A stretch of DNA of 64,000 bases from Gammaproteobacteria bacterium (GCA_011523505.1 WTGP01000008.1:140345-204344), one strand, 5' to 3'. Shown: positions 18,923-28,461, counted from the stretch's first letter. Program-made: numbers and translations. The notes: generated by a model from the sequence alone, not told the origin.

Positions 18923-20283
18923 GCCCAGCGAATTCCTTATCCGCTCTAGGGCCGCTGGACGGGCGCTACGCTGAAGCCGTCCGCCCGCTCGCGGAATTGT
19001 TCTCCGAACAGGGCCTGATCCTGTGGCGGCTCAAGGTCGAGCTCGCCTGGCTGCGGGCGCTTTGCGGTGAAGAATCATTCGGGCCCGCACCTCCCCTGAG
19101 CAGCGGGGAAACGGCGTTTCTGGACGCGCTGGAGCAGGACCTGGGGCCGCAGGCGGCGGAGCGCGTCAAGGAACTGGAACAGAAGACCCGGCACGACGTC
19201 AAGGCGGTGGAACTGTACCTGGCCGAACGCCTCCGCGAGCACGACTCGCTCTCCGACCGCATTCCGATGCTGCATTTCGCCTGCACAAGCTGGGACATCA
19301 ACAGCAGCGCCTATGGGATCATGCTGGCAAGGGCCCGGTCCGAAGTCCTGGTCCCGGTGCTGGAAGCCCTGATCGGGCAGCTTCACTGCATGGCCCGCGA
19401 GCACGCCGGCCTGCCCATGCTGGCGCGCACCCACGGCCAGCCGGCCAGCCCCACGACGCTGGGCAAGGAACTGGCGGTGTTCGTGCACCGGCTGAAGCGC
19501 CAGCTTGCCGTTTTCGGCGAAGTTCCGGCCATGGCCAAGTGCAGCGGCGCCACCGGCAACTACAACGCGCACTACGCGGCCTGTCCCGATGTGGACTGGC
19601 CGGATTTCAGCCGCCGCTTTCTTTCGGGGCTGGGACTCGAGCAGAACCCGGTCACGACCCAGGTCGAACCGTACGACTGGGTGGCGGAATATTGCGACGC
19701 CCTGGCGCGCATCAACCGCATCCTGCTCGACCTCAGCCGGGATGCCTGGACCTATATTTCGATGGGCTACTTCCGCCAGAAGGCGGTGGGTAGCGAAACG
19801 GGATCGTCCACGATGCCGCACAAGGTCAATCCCATCAACCTCGAAAACGCCGAAGGCAACCTGGGGCTGTCCAACGCCTTGCTGGGTCACTTTTCGGAAA
19901 AGCTCCCCGTGTCGCGCCTGCAGCGAGACCTCAGTGATTCCACGGTCCTGCGCAACCTGGGCGTCGCATTGGGGCATGCGCTGGTGGCCTGGACGGAAGT
20001 GCAGAAAGGTCTGGACAAACTCTCGCCCGACGAGTCCAGAATGAGCGAGGACCTCGACTCCGCCTGGGAAACGCTGGCCGAGGCGGTGCAAACGGTAATG
20101 CGCGCCCACGGCTGTGAGAACGCCTACGAACAACTTAAGGATTTATCACGTAATCAGATAGTTACAAGAGAATCCTTACATTCTTATTTGAAAAACGCAG
20201 AGCTGCCCGACGCAGCGCGTGAGGCGCTGCTCGCCCTGACTCCCGCGACCTACACGGGCATCGCGGAGAAACTGGCCGAGTGA
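18907..20283 (+). CDS. purB: Adenylosuccinate lyase
   Basis: SALGPLDGRY, TRHDVKAVE, HFACTSWDIN, MLARTHGQPASPTTLGKE, GSSTMPHKVNPINLENAEGN, SRLQRDLSDSTVLRN. Confidence 0.96.
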   Translation: MSQHTSPANSLSALGPLDGRYAEAVRPLAELFSEQGLILWRLKVELAWLRALCGEESFGPAPPLSSGETAFLDALEQDLGPQAAERVKELEQKTRHDVKAVELYLAERLREHDSLSDRIPMLHFACTSWDINSSAYGIMLARARSEVLVPVLEALIGQLHCMAREHAGLPMLARTHGQPASPTTLGKELAVFVHRLKRQLAVFGEVPAMAKCSGATGNYNAHYAACPDVDWPDFSRRFLSGLGLEQNPVTTQVEPYDWVAEYCDALARINRILLDLSRDAWTYISMGYFRQKAVGSETGSSTMPHKVNPINLENAEGNLGLSNALLGHFSEKLPVSRLQRDLSDSTVLRNLGVALGHALVAWTEVQKGLDKLSPDESRMSEDLDSAWETLAEAVQTVMRAHGCENAYEQLKDLSRNQIVTRESLHSYLKNAELPDAAREALLALTPATYTGIAEKLAE

Positions 20284-20292
20284 GGCATCCCG

Positions 20293-21378
20293 GTGACGGG
20301 CACCGTCATGGTGGCGATTTCCGGGGGAGTGGATTCCGCGGTGGCCGCCTTGCGCCTGATCGACGCGGGCCACCGGTTGGAAGCCCTGCACATGACCAAC
20401 TGGGACGAGCCCGACGGCTCCTGCCCTGCCGCCGAAGACCTTGAGGCCGCCGCCGACGTGGCCGGCGAACTCGGCATCCCGCTTCACCACCTGAATTTCT
20501 CCGAGGAGTACCGACAGGAAGTCTTCGAGGACATGCTTCTGGAGTGCCGGGCGGGGCGTACGCCCAACCCCGACGTGGGCTGCAATCGGCGCATCAAGTT
20601 CGGGGCCTGCCTGAACCAGGCGCGCAGGCTGGGCGCCGAACGGCTGGCCACGGGCCATCACGCGCGCCTGGAGCACTCGGCATCCGGCACACGGCTGTTG
20701 CGTGGAAAGGACCGCAACAAGGACCAGACGTATTTCCTTCACGCGGTTGACGGAAGCGCGCTCGGCGGCTGCCTGTTCCCGGTCGGCGACCTGGACAAGA
20801 ACGAGGTGCGCGACATCGCGCATCGGCGCGGACTGCCGAACTACGCGCGCCCGGACAGCACCGGCATCTGCTTCGTCGGAGAACGATCCTTCCCGGAGTT
20901 CATCTCGCGGCACCTGGCAATGCAAGCGGGGCCGATAGTCACGCTTGGCGGGAAACACGTGGGCGAACACCAGGGCTTGGCCACCTATACCATCGGCCAG
21001 CGGCGGGGACTGGGCCTTGGGGGGATGAAGGACTGCGGCCCGGAACCCTGGCATGTCGTGCGCAAGGATCTGAGCGCCAATGCCCTGGTCGTGGCGCAGG
21101 GACACGACCACCCCCTGCTGTTCAGCCGCATGATCACGGTGAGAAAGCTGAAGTGGGTAAGCGGCGCGCCGGATGGACTCCCGGGAGGCACGCGGTTGAG
21201 CGCCAAGACCCGTTATCGCCAGGACGACGCCGACTGCGAGGCGCGACTGCTCGGTCGGGACCGCTGCCTGGTGCGCTTCGACAAGCCTCAGTGGGCGGTG
21301 ACGCCGGGACAGTACCTGGTGTTCTACGAGGGCGAGGAATGCCTGGGCGGCGGAGTAATCGAACGCGCCGAAGCCTGA
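20293..21378 (+). CDS. mnmA: tRNA-specific 2-thiouridylase
   Basis: SGGVDS PP-loop, TPNPDVGCNRRIKFG, ATGHHA, KDQTYFL, DSTGICFVG, YTIGQRRG, TPGQ. Confidence 0.95.
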   Translation: MTGTVMVAISGGVDSAVAALRLIDAGHRLEALHMTNWDEPDGSCPAAEDLEAAADVAGELGIPLHHLNFSEEYRQEVFEDMLLECRAGRTPNPDVGCNRRIKFGACLNQARRLGAERLATGHHARLEHSASGTRLLRGKDRNKDQTYFLHAVDGSALGGCLFPVGDLDKNEVRDIAHRRGLPNYARPDSTGICFVGERSFPEFISRHLAMQAGPIVTLGGKHVGEHQGLATYTIGQRRGLGLGGMKDCGPEPWHVVRKDLSANALVVAQGHDHPLLFSRMITVRKLKWVSGAPDGLPGGTRLSAKTRYRQDDADCEARLLGRDRCLVRFDKPQWAVTPGQYLVFYEGEECLGGGVIERAEA

Positions 21379-21480
21379 CCCGCGAGCGAAGACAGGACGC
21401 CGTGGCGGGCATGCCCCCACTCCCCAGGGGGAACTGTTAGCATTTGCCGCATGTGGGGTCAGGGGCCGCAACGACATCCC

Positions 21481-22167
21481 GTGAAGGCACTCTCAGGCGT
21501 ATTGATTGCGTGCAGTCTCGCGCTTTCGCCCGCCGGCGCCGCGGCAAACGAGGAGGCAATCGTGAACGCCGACTTCAACCCTCTGGCCGAACTCGGCCGG
21601 GAACGCCGCCGCCAGGTCCAGGTCCGTCAATCACTGAAGGGCGCACTGGAACAGGCCGAACCGGGAGACGACACGCTCGCCGCCCTGCTGGAGGCCTGCG
21701 CCGACTACCTGGTGAACTCGATGGGTCGGCTCGACCTCACCGACATGAACATTCACAACCTGCTGGCGGCGCGCGTCCCCACGGACAACGCGGAGGTTCA
21801 CGAGGCACTGCAAACACTCGCCAACCGGCAAAAAAGAGCGCGAGCGGAGAATGCCCGGCTTGCCGAAGCGCTCTACGCGTACCGCCAGGCCGGTCGCTCC
21901 GATTTCGCCGTCCTGGATAAGGCGTTGAGGCAATACCACCGCGTCATGTCGGAACTGATGACGCCGCGCAAGAATCCCTTCAGCGACTACACCGACATCC
22001 TGTTCACTATGGATGACTGGACCAATATCGCCGAGGTCAGCGCGGAAACCATTGCCACCGAAGATCGCCTGTTCGACGAAGTCTCGGTGGCGGCGCCGGA
22101 CGCTCTGAAGCCGGACGCCTTCTCCGGCACGCACGGTATGCAACGGCCGCCTGTTTCGAACAAGTGA
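21481..22167 (+). CDS. Exported all-alpha hypothetical protein
   Basis: GTG 21481 gives a Sec-type signal (MKALSGVLIACSLALSPAGAAA); helical pattern; codon usage matches the neighbours. Confidence 0.7.
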   Translation: MKALSGVLIACSLALSPAGAAANEEAIVNADFNPLAELGRERRRQVQVRQSLKGALEQAEPGDDTLAALLEACADYLVNSMGRLDLTDMNIHNLLAARVPTDNAEVHEALQTLANRQKRARAENARLAEALYAYRQAGRSDFAVLDKALRQYHRVMSELMTPRKNPFSDYTDILFTMDDWTNIAEVSAETIATEDRLFDEVSVAAPDALKPDAFSGTHGMQRPPVSNK

Positions 22168-22277
22168 TCCCTATCACGCCACTCTCGCGATAGAATGTAC
22201 GTTACCGCAATTCTTGCGGGCCAACGGGTGCCCTGCGCACTAGCACACAGGCGCCAACCAACTTATTAGAAGGAATC

Positions 22278-22583
22278 ATGGGAAGAAAACTTTACGTAGG
22301 CAATCTGCCCTATTCGGCAACGGAAAGTTCCGTTACGGAGAAGTTCGCCGAGTCCGGGACCGTCGAGTCCTGCAAGCTGATCAGCGATCGTGACACGGGC
22401 CGCAGCAAGGGTTTCGGCTTTGTGGAAATGGCCACCGACGCCGAGGCCCAGGCGGCCATCGAGAACCTGGACGGCTCCGATTATGACGGCCGCCCCATGA
22501 GGGTGAACGAAGCCAGGCCGCAGCAAAAGAGATCCGGCGGCCGGGATCGCGGTGGTTACGGCGGCGGCAGGTATCGCCACTGA
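22278..22583 (+). CDS. Single-RRM RNA-binding protein with Gly/Arg-rich tail
   Basis: RNP2 LYVGNL, RNP1 KGFGFVEM, DRDTGRS, RVNEAR, RGGYGGG tail; RBS AAGGA. Confidence 0.95.
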   Translation: MGRKLYVGNLPYSATESSVTEKFAESGTVESCKLISDRDTGRSKGFGFVEMATDAEAQAAIENLDGSDYDGRPMRVNEARPQQKRSGGRDRGGYGGGRYRH

Positions 22584-22598
22584 CCTTTCCCCGATCCG

Positions 22599-24005
22599 CT
22601 AGTTCTCCCCGATACGGGCGAGTTCGCGGCGGAAACAGCGCAGGGTGACGGGCGCCAGCAACAGCACCACCGAACCGTACAGCAGCGGCACGGCGGCAAA
22701 GGCAAGAGCCAGGCTCTTGGCGCCGGTCGCCCCGGGCAACACCCACTCCACAAGCGCGTCCATGCCCGCCACGCCGGTTCCGCCATTGAACCAGTCCGAC
22801 AGCCAGCCCACGGTGGACGGCCCCAGCGTGAGGCCGGTAATGCTGATCGCCATGTAATAGATGGCGGTAATCTGGCCGCGGAATTGTGCCGGCGTGATCA
22901 TCAGCAGCGCGGTGACGCCGGTGGAGGTGGTGGTGGCGATGCCCACCAGGCTTACGCCCAAAACCACGAACGCCGAAACCGTGCTTGGCATCAGGGCAAT
23001 AAGAAAACCGGTGGGCGCGAAGATGACCGCGCCCACCACGGCGATTAGCAACGGGGCGTTATCGCGCCCTCTTCGCACCAGAAAATCAGACAACGCGCCG
23101 GCCGCAAAAACCGTGGCGGGCGCGCACAGCAGCGTGACGACGGCCTTGATCTGGGCAAATTCAGGCGTCTCCATGCCCCAGGTCCTTGAAAACACCGCCG
23201 GCATCCAGAAATGAGAGTAGGCCACGGTCGTCATCAGGCAGAACGGCAGCACGAACGTCAGGTAGGTCTTCCAGTGCGTGAAGACATGCCGGAACATGAG
23301 CGCCGGCGTGGCGTTGATCTGCAGGTGCCTGACCCCCGGGAGGGAGGAGACATCCCGCTCGAGGTCGCGGCGCGCCGGCTCGCGGACCGTCAGCATGGCT
23401 AGCGCCAGCAGCAGGCCCGGAAGCCCCACAATGATGAAAACCGCCTGCCACGGCCTGATGGCGCCCACCAGCGGCCAATTGAGCACCTCAACCCCGCGCA
23501 GCGCCGCGAGCAGCGCGCCGATCACGTAGTAGGCGAAAGCCGTGCCCAGCGACAGCGCCATGGAGTACACGGCAATGGCCTTGCCGCGCTTCTCTTTGGG
23601 GAAACTGTCCGCGATCATCGACATCGTGCAGGGACTTAATGCCGCCTCGCCCACTCCGACGCTCATGCGAAACAGAAATAACTGCAGGTAGTTGCTAGCC
23701 AGCCCGCAAAATGCGGTCGCTGCCGACCACAGCGCAATCGCGCAGCTGACAATGGTCACCCGTCGCGTACGGTCCGCCAGCCAGCCCAGCGGCAGGCCCA
23801 TCGTGGCGTAGAAGATCCCGAAGGCCAGGCCAAGCAACAAACCCATCTGGCCATCGGTCAAGCCCAGGTCCGCCTTCATCGGCTCAACCAGCAGGCCGAT
23901 CACGGTGCGGTCGATGTAGGAAATAAAGTAGGCCAGCGTAAGCAGCGCCACCATGTACCAGCGGAGCGCAGGGCGCGGATAGGGAACGGCAGTCGCGGTA
24001 TTCAT
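22599..24005 (-). CDS. MFS transporter (spinster-like)
   Basis: ISYIDRTVI, GWLADRTRR, VGVGEAALSP, IADSFPKEKRGKA; start overlaps the upstream stop (TGATG). Confidence 0.9.
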   Translation of the reverse strand: MNTATAVPYPRPALRWYMVALLTLAYFISYIDRTVIGLLVEPMKADLGLTDGQMGLLLGLAFGIFYATMGLPLGWLADRTRRVTIVSCAIALWSAATAFCGLASNYLQLFLFRMSVGVGEAALSPCTMSMIADSFPKEKRGKAIAVYSMALSLGTAFAYYVIGALLAALRGVEVLNWPLVGAIRPWQAVFIIVGLPGLLLALAMLTVREPARRDLERDVSSLPGVRHLQINATPALMFRHVFTHWKTYLTFVLPFCLMTTVAYSHFWMPAVFSRTWGMETPEFAQIKAVVTLLCAPATVFAAGALSDFLVRRGRDNAPLLIAVVGAVIFAPTGFLIALMPSTVSAFVVLGVSLVGIATTTSTGVTALLMITPAQFRGQITAIYYMAISITGLTLGPSTVGWLSDWFNGGTGVAGMDALVEWVLPGATGAKSLALAFAAVPLLYGSVVLLLAPVTLRCFRRELARIGEN

Positions 24006-25039
24006 CAGTGTTTTTTCTCCGGTTCTCCCCGCACGCTGCAGCACTGCACGCCTACGTTGCGCCCATCGTACAGCCTCGCCAGAGCGTCAGGCATGTTCTC
24101 GAAGCCCTCCACCACGTCCTGGACGGGCTTGAGCTTACCCGCCTTGATCCACGCCGCCAATCCGTCGAAGGCGTCCTGGAAGCGGTCCTGGTAGTTATAG
24201 ACGAAGAACCCGCTCATGCTGCCGTTCACCCGGCGCAGGTTCAGATAGTTGGACAGCGCGAAGCGTTCCTCTCTCAGGTATTCCGAAATCGACCCGCACA
24301 GCACGATGCGCGCGCCCAATGCGAGGTTGTCCAGGCAGGCCGCGAGTAAATCGCCGCCCACGTTGTCGAAGTAGAGGTCCATCCCGTCGGGGCAGAGTTC
24401 CGCTACGCGTGCGCAGGCGTCCTCGTTCTTGTAGTCGATCGCCTGCTCGCAGCCCAGCTCCCGGATGAAGCGGCATTTCTCCGGCCCCCCGGCAATGCCG
24501 ATCACGCGGCAGCCGTGGATCTTCAGCATCTGCACCACGATCGATCCGACCCCGCCCGCGGCGCCCGAAACTACGGCGAGGTCGCCGGCCTTGGGGCGCC
24601 CGCAGTCCAGCAGCCCCCAATAGGCGCTGACCCCGGTCATCCCGAGTACGCCGGCGCCCAGCGAAAACGGCAGGCCGTAGTCCCTGCACTTGAAGAACCG
24701 CTCGCGGGTCGCGGCAGCCGTGACCTTCCACGTCTGCCAGCCAAGCTGTCCCTGAACGATGTCCCCAGGCCGATAGTCCGGGTGATTGGACTCCACCACT
24801 TCGCCCACTCCGCGACCGTGGATCACGTCGCCTATGTCCAGCGGCGTCTCTCCAGAGGGATTGAGCCCCTGCATATACATCCGCATCACCGGCGCCAGAC
24901 CGAGGTAGCGCGTCTTCACCAGCATTTCGCCGGGTCCGGGCGAGCGAATCGGGCGTTCGGCCAGCTCGAAATCGCCCGGGCGCACGTTGCCTTCCGGCCG
25001 CGCCGCAATGCGCCATTGCAGGTTGACGTCTTCTCGCAA
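24005..25039 (-). CDS. NADP-dependent oxidoreductase (MDR, prostaglandin reductase/CurA-like)
   Basis: WRIAARPEG, LGMTGVSAYWGL, VSGAAGGVGS, GIAGGPEKC, YFDNVGG, RIVLCGSISEY. Confidence 0.9.
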   Translation of the reverse strand: MREDVNLQWRIAARPEGNVRPGDFELAERPIRSPGPGEMLVKTRYLGLAPVMRMYMQGLNPSGETPLDIGDVIHGRGVGEVVESNHPDYRPGDIVQGQLGWQTWKVTAAATRERFFKCRDYGLPFSLGAGVLGMTGVSAYWGLLDCGRPKAGDLAVVSGAAGGVGSIVVQMLKIHGCRVIGIAGGPEKCRFIRELGCEQAIDYKNEDACARVAELCPDGMDLYFDNVGGDLLAACLDNLALGARIVLCGSISEYLREERFALSNYLNLRRVNGSMSGFFVYNYQDRFQDAFDGLAAWIKAGKLKPVQDVVEGFENMPDALARLYDGRNVGVQCCSVRGEPEKKH

Positions 25040-25084
25040 AGTGCCGCGCCCTCCTTCCCGGCGGCCACTATACTGGATCGGGCG

Positions 25085-25618
25085 CTATTGATCCTGCTCG
25101 ATCATTTCGTAGATCTCGACCATGTGGCCCGTGGGAGCGCGCAGCAGGATAGTCATCGAGCGGCCCGTGCGCGACGGTCCGTAGGGCTTGACGATGTCGA
25201 CGCCATGCGCGACGGCGCGATCGTAAACGTCGCTGATATTCTTGCCCATATGCACCAGCACTACGCCGCCATAGGCCGTCCCTTCATCGGGCAGATCAAG
25301 CTCGGCAAAATCCGGGGTGTCCTCCACCATCAACAGGCCAATCATGGCTCCTTCTTTGGACGTGAAGATGGTGAAGTAGGTGGTCGAATCTTCGTTCCAA
25401 CCCAGCGGATGGGCAAAGCCCGTGCGCGGTTCCGGATCGCCGGCGTAATCGAAGCCCATAACGTCCCTCCAGAACGTGATGGACGGCTCGAGGTCGGCCC
25501 GGCGGGCGAGCAACGCGGTGCGTATGAAAGTAGCGTAGCCCGGCTCGGCTTCGTGGCTGTCCGCCTGGGCGCCGGCGAACATCATTACGCCGGCAAGCAA
25601 TAGAGTAAATTTGCGCAT
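25085..25618 (-). CDS. Exported VOC/glyoxalase-fold protein
   Basis: Signal peptide MRKFTLLLAGVMMFAGAQA; SITFWRDVMGF and LRAPTGHMVEIYE are typical VOC ends; RBS GGGAG. Confidence 0.7.
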   Translation of the reverse strand: MRKFTLLLAGVMMFAGAQADSHEAEPGYATFIRTALLARRADLEPSITFWRDVMGFDYAGDPEPRTGFAHPLGWNEDSTTYFTIFTSKEGAMIGLLMVEDTPDFAELDLPDEGTAYGGVVLVHMGKNISDVYDRAVAHGVDIVKPYGPSRTGRSMTILLRAPTGHMVEIYEMIEQDQ

Positions 25619-25670
25619 GGGTGTGCTCCCTGTTTTGTATCGGCTGCAACTATAGACCTTTAGGGTAATC

Positions 25671-26960
25671 ATGCGGGTCAGGAGAACAATTGCAGGCGCC
25701 ACCGCCATGGTGCTCTTCCTGGGCGCGGTCCTGTCCGGCTGCGGTGGCGGTGGCGGCGACGCAAACCCGCCGCCACCGCCACCTCCCGTTACGCCTCCGC
25801 CACCACCGCCTGTAACGCCGCCAGTAGTGGAGCCCCCCGCGGCTCTGGACAGCGGCCCGGCGGCTTGCATCGACGGCGACGCCGGCGATTTTGCCTGCAT
25901 GGCCATTTCGCTTGAGAAGCGGGTTTCTCTCGACGCCATGGACGGAACCGCAGGCAACGACGTCTGGGGCTGGACGGACACTCAGACAGGCATGGAATAC
26001 GCCCTGATGGGCATGACCAACGGTACCGCCTTTGTTGACGTTTCCGACCCGCAAGGCCCTGTATTCCTCGGAAGGCTGCCGACGGAAACCAGGGAATCCG
26101 TTTGGCGCGACATCAAGGTGTATCGCGACCATGCCTACATCGTCGCGGACGGCGCCGGCGCCCACGGCATGCAAGTATTCGACCTGAGGCGCCTGCGGGG
26201 CCTGTCGGGGCCTGCGGATTGGTCCCCCGACCTGGTATATGACGGCTTCGAGCATGCGCACAACCTGGCGATCAACGAGGCGACCGGGTTCGCCTATGCG
26301 GTCTCGACGGACACCTGCGACGGCGGTCTGCACATCATGAACATCCAGACCCCGATCAATCCGATGTTCGCCGGCTGCCACAATGTGAGAAGGACGCATG
26401 ACACACAGTGCGTCACTTACCAGGGGCCGGACGAGGAGCATCGCGACCGGGAAATCTGCTTCAGCTCAAACGAGAACCACGTCGAGGTCGTCGACGTCAC
26501 CGACAAGTCCGCCCCGCTGACACTCTCTTCCACTACCTATGCGCAAATGGCGTACGTGCACCAGGGTTGGCTTACGGAAGACCAGCGCTATTTCCTGCTC
26601 GGCGATGAGCTGGACGAGACCAACTTCGGTCTGACCACGCGCACGCATGTGTTCGACGTATCGGACCTGGATTCCCCGGAACACCTCTATGCGCATGACC
26701 TGGGCACGCGAGCGACCGATCACAACCTTTACGTGCAGGGAAATCGCGTGTTCGAAGCCAATTACACCACCGGTTTGCGGGTTCTTGAGTTCGGCGATCT
26801 GACGGCGGAAGACATCCGGGAAATCGCATTTTTCGACACGTTTCCGGACAGTAACGCCCGGAACCTGCAGGGCGCCTGGAGCGTGTACCCGTATCTGCCT
26901 TCCGGAACGCTGATTGTCAGCGATATGCAGAACGGGCTGTTTGTTCTGTCAATGCAATAG
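25671..26960 (+). CDS. Choice-of-anchor B family lipoprotein with Pro-rich linker
   Basis: Lipobox LSGC then GGGGG and PPPPPPPVTPPPPPPVTPP; GNDVWGWTD...EYALMG, WRDIK, HGMQVFDL, HNL, YVHQGW, DELDE, GAWSVYPYLPSG. Confidence 0.85.
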   Translation: MRVRRTIAGATAMVLFLGAVLSGCGGGGGDANPPPPPPPVTPPPPPPVTPPVVEPPAALDSGPAACIDGDAGDFACMAISLEKRVSLDAMDGTAGNDVWGWTDTQTGMEYALMGMTNGTAFVDVSDPQGPVFLGRLPTETRESVWRDIKVYRDHAYIVADGAGAHGMQVFDLRRLRGLSGPADWSPDLVYDGFEHAHNLAINEATGFAYAVSTDTCDGGLHIMNIQTPINPMFAGCHNVRRTHDTQCVTYQGPDEEHRDREICFSSNENHVEVVDVTDKSAPLTLSSTTYAQMAYVHQGWLTEDQRYFLLGDELDETNFGLTTRTHVFDVSDLDSPEHLYAHDLGTRATDHNLYVQGNRVFEANYTTGLRVLEFGDLTAEDIREIAFFDTFPDSNARNLQGAWSVYPYLPSGTLIVSDMQNGLFVLSMQ

Positions 26961-27032
26961 CAAGCACCGACAGCAGGCGGGCCAGCCACTTTCGCGCTAA
27001 ACTAATCGCACCGCCAACCGAGGGGGACCCAG

Positions 27033-28115
27033 ATGATCCCGATCAGCCAGAGACACCGCGCAGGCCTTCAGTTCCTGGGGTCGCTGCAGCATTTTTCCTC
27101 CAGCCATATTCGCGACCTTGCGCGCGACCAGTTCGCCGCCAGTGAGAAGGGGCGGGAGCTTCTCGAGGCCGAGGTCGGGCCGGAGCCGCGCGCCCAGCTG
27201 AAACGTGCGCGCGAGGCCCGCAGGGCGGCGCTGGACTCTCCGGCGTACCAGCACGAGCGGCTGTATCAGCGCTATGTGGCCGAGGAGAATTTCGTGCGCG
27301 CCATTCCCGCGGTGGAGGAAAAGCGCGAAGAATGCCTCAAGGTCCTGAGCCGGGAGCCCGAATACCTGGGCGGCTCGCTGGAACTCGACGACAGCGTACC
27401 GATACCCAAGTACTACGAGGGCGTGGAGTGGCACCTGGAACCGGGAGGCTGGGACGGCTACGACCTGGCCACACCGATGTTCATGGCCGGAGTGGCCCCG
27501 CACGTTTTCTCCCGCGGCGGCTATGCGGCCGTGGAAGTGGACCAGGACATCCGCCGGCAGCGCGTGGACGTGGTGAGCCTGCTGCCGAAAGACCACTACG
27601 ATCGCATCTACGAGCCCGGATGCGGGGGTCTCGGAGCGCTGGCGGCCTGCAGCAAGGTGTATCCCGACGCCGAGCTGACCGGCAGCGACATCTCGACGGC
27701 ACTGCTCCAGGGCGGGCACAAGGCCGCGCGCACCATGGGCATACCGATCCATCTGAAACAGCGCGACGCGCGCGATACGGGCGAGCCCGACGAGTCGTAC
27801 GACGCCGTGCTCATGTACGCGCTGCTGCACGAAATGCCCGTCAGGGTGAGCATCGACACCATCCGCGAGGCGTACCGGATCCTCAAGCCCGGCGGCGACA
27901 TCGTGATCAACGACCCGCCGCCATTCAGCCGCGTGGACGCATTCCAGGCCGCGATCCTGGACTGGGAAAGCGAATATCGCGGGGAACCGTTCTTCAGCGC
28001 GGCCTGTTCGATGGACTGGGCGACGGTGCTCGAAGAAGTCGGCTTCAAGGTGCTCGAAGCGCGCGCCCTGGATTCAAGGGGCTACCCCTGGGTCAACGTA
28101 GCGACCAAGCCTTGA
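27033..28115 (+). CDS. Class I SAM-dependent methyltransferase, copy M1
   Basis: RIYEPGCGG (motif I variant), TGSDIS, YDAVLMYALLHEMP, ILKPGG; long N-terminal extension. Confidence 0.85.
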   Translation: MIPISQRHRAGLQFLGSLQHFSSSHIRDLARDQFAASEKGRELLEAEVGPEPRAQLKRAREARRAALDSPAYQHERLYQRYVAEENFVRAIPAVEEKREECLKVLSREPEYLGGSLELDDSVPIPKYYEGVEWHLEPGGWDGYDLATPMFMAGVAPHVFSRGGYAAVEVDQDIRRQRVDVVSLLPKDHYDRIYEPGCGGLGALAACSKVYPDAELTGSDISTALLQGGHKAARTMGIPIHLKQRDARDTGEPDESYDAVLMYALLHEMPVRVSIDTIREAYRILKPGGDIVINDPPPFSRVDAFQAAILDWESEYRGEPFFSAACSMDWATVLEEVGFKVLEARALDSRGYPWVNVATKP

Positions 28116-28164
28116 GCGCGGCGCTGCACCCCGCGGACGAGAGCGGGAGGCCCTCGATCCCGGC

Positions 28165-28461
28165 ATGACCAAACCGCCGACCCGCCCGCTCACCGGCGAC
28201 GAAAGCCTGGACCGGCTGCTGCGCATGAACACGGAGCTCCTGTCGGAGCTCTGGATCCTGCGCGACCGGGTCATGGTCCTCGAGAAAATCCTTGAGGAGA
28301 AGGGGCTGCTCGATACCGCCGCGATAGACGACTACGCGCCTTCTCCGGAATTCGGCGAGGTCCTGCAGGACGAGCGCGACCGGCTGGTGCGGCGCGTTGC
28401 CGGCGCGCCCTGGACCGAGGAATTCACCTGGCAGTCACTCGTCGAGCGCGGCGGGCGGTAG
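28165..28461 (+). CDS. Small helical methyltransferase-associated protein, copy P1
   Basis: LDRLLRMNTELLSELWILRDRVMVLEKILEEKGLL; homologous to 57236..57526 and 62149..62466. Confidence 0.8.
   Translation: MTKPPTRPLTGDESLDRLLRMNTELLSELWILRDRVMVLEKILEEKGLLDTAAIDDYAPSPEFGEVLQDERDRLVRRVAGAPWTEEFTWQSLVERGGR

Noticed and set aside
25765-25825. CCG/CCA-rich short repeats
   Set aside because: They encode the Pro-rich linker of the choice-of-anchor B protein; there is no repeat-spacer structure, so not CRISPR or a contingency locus.
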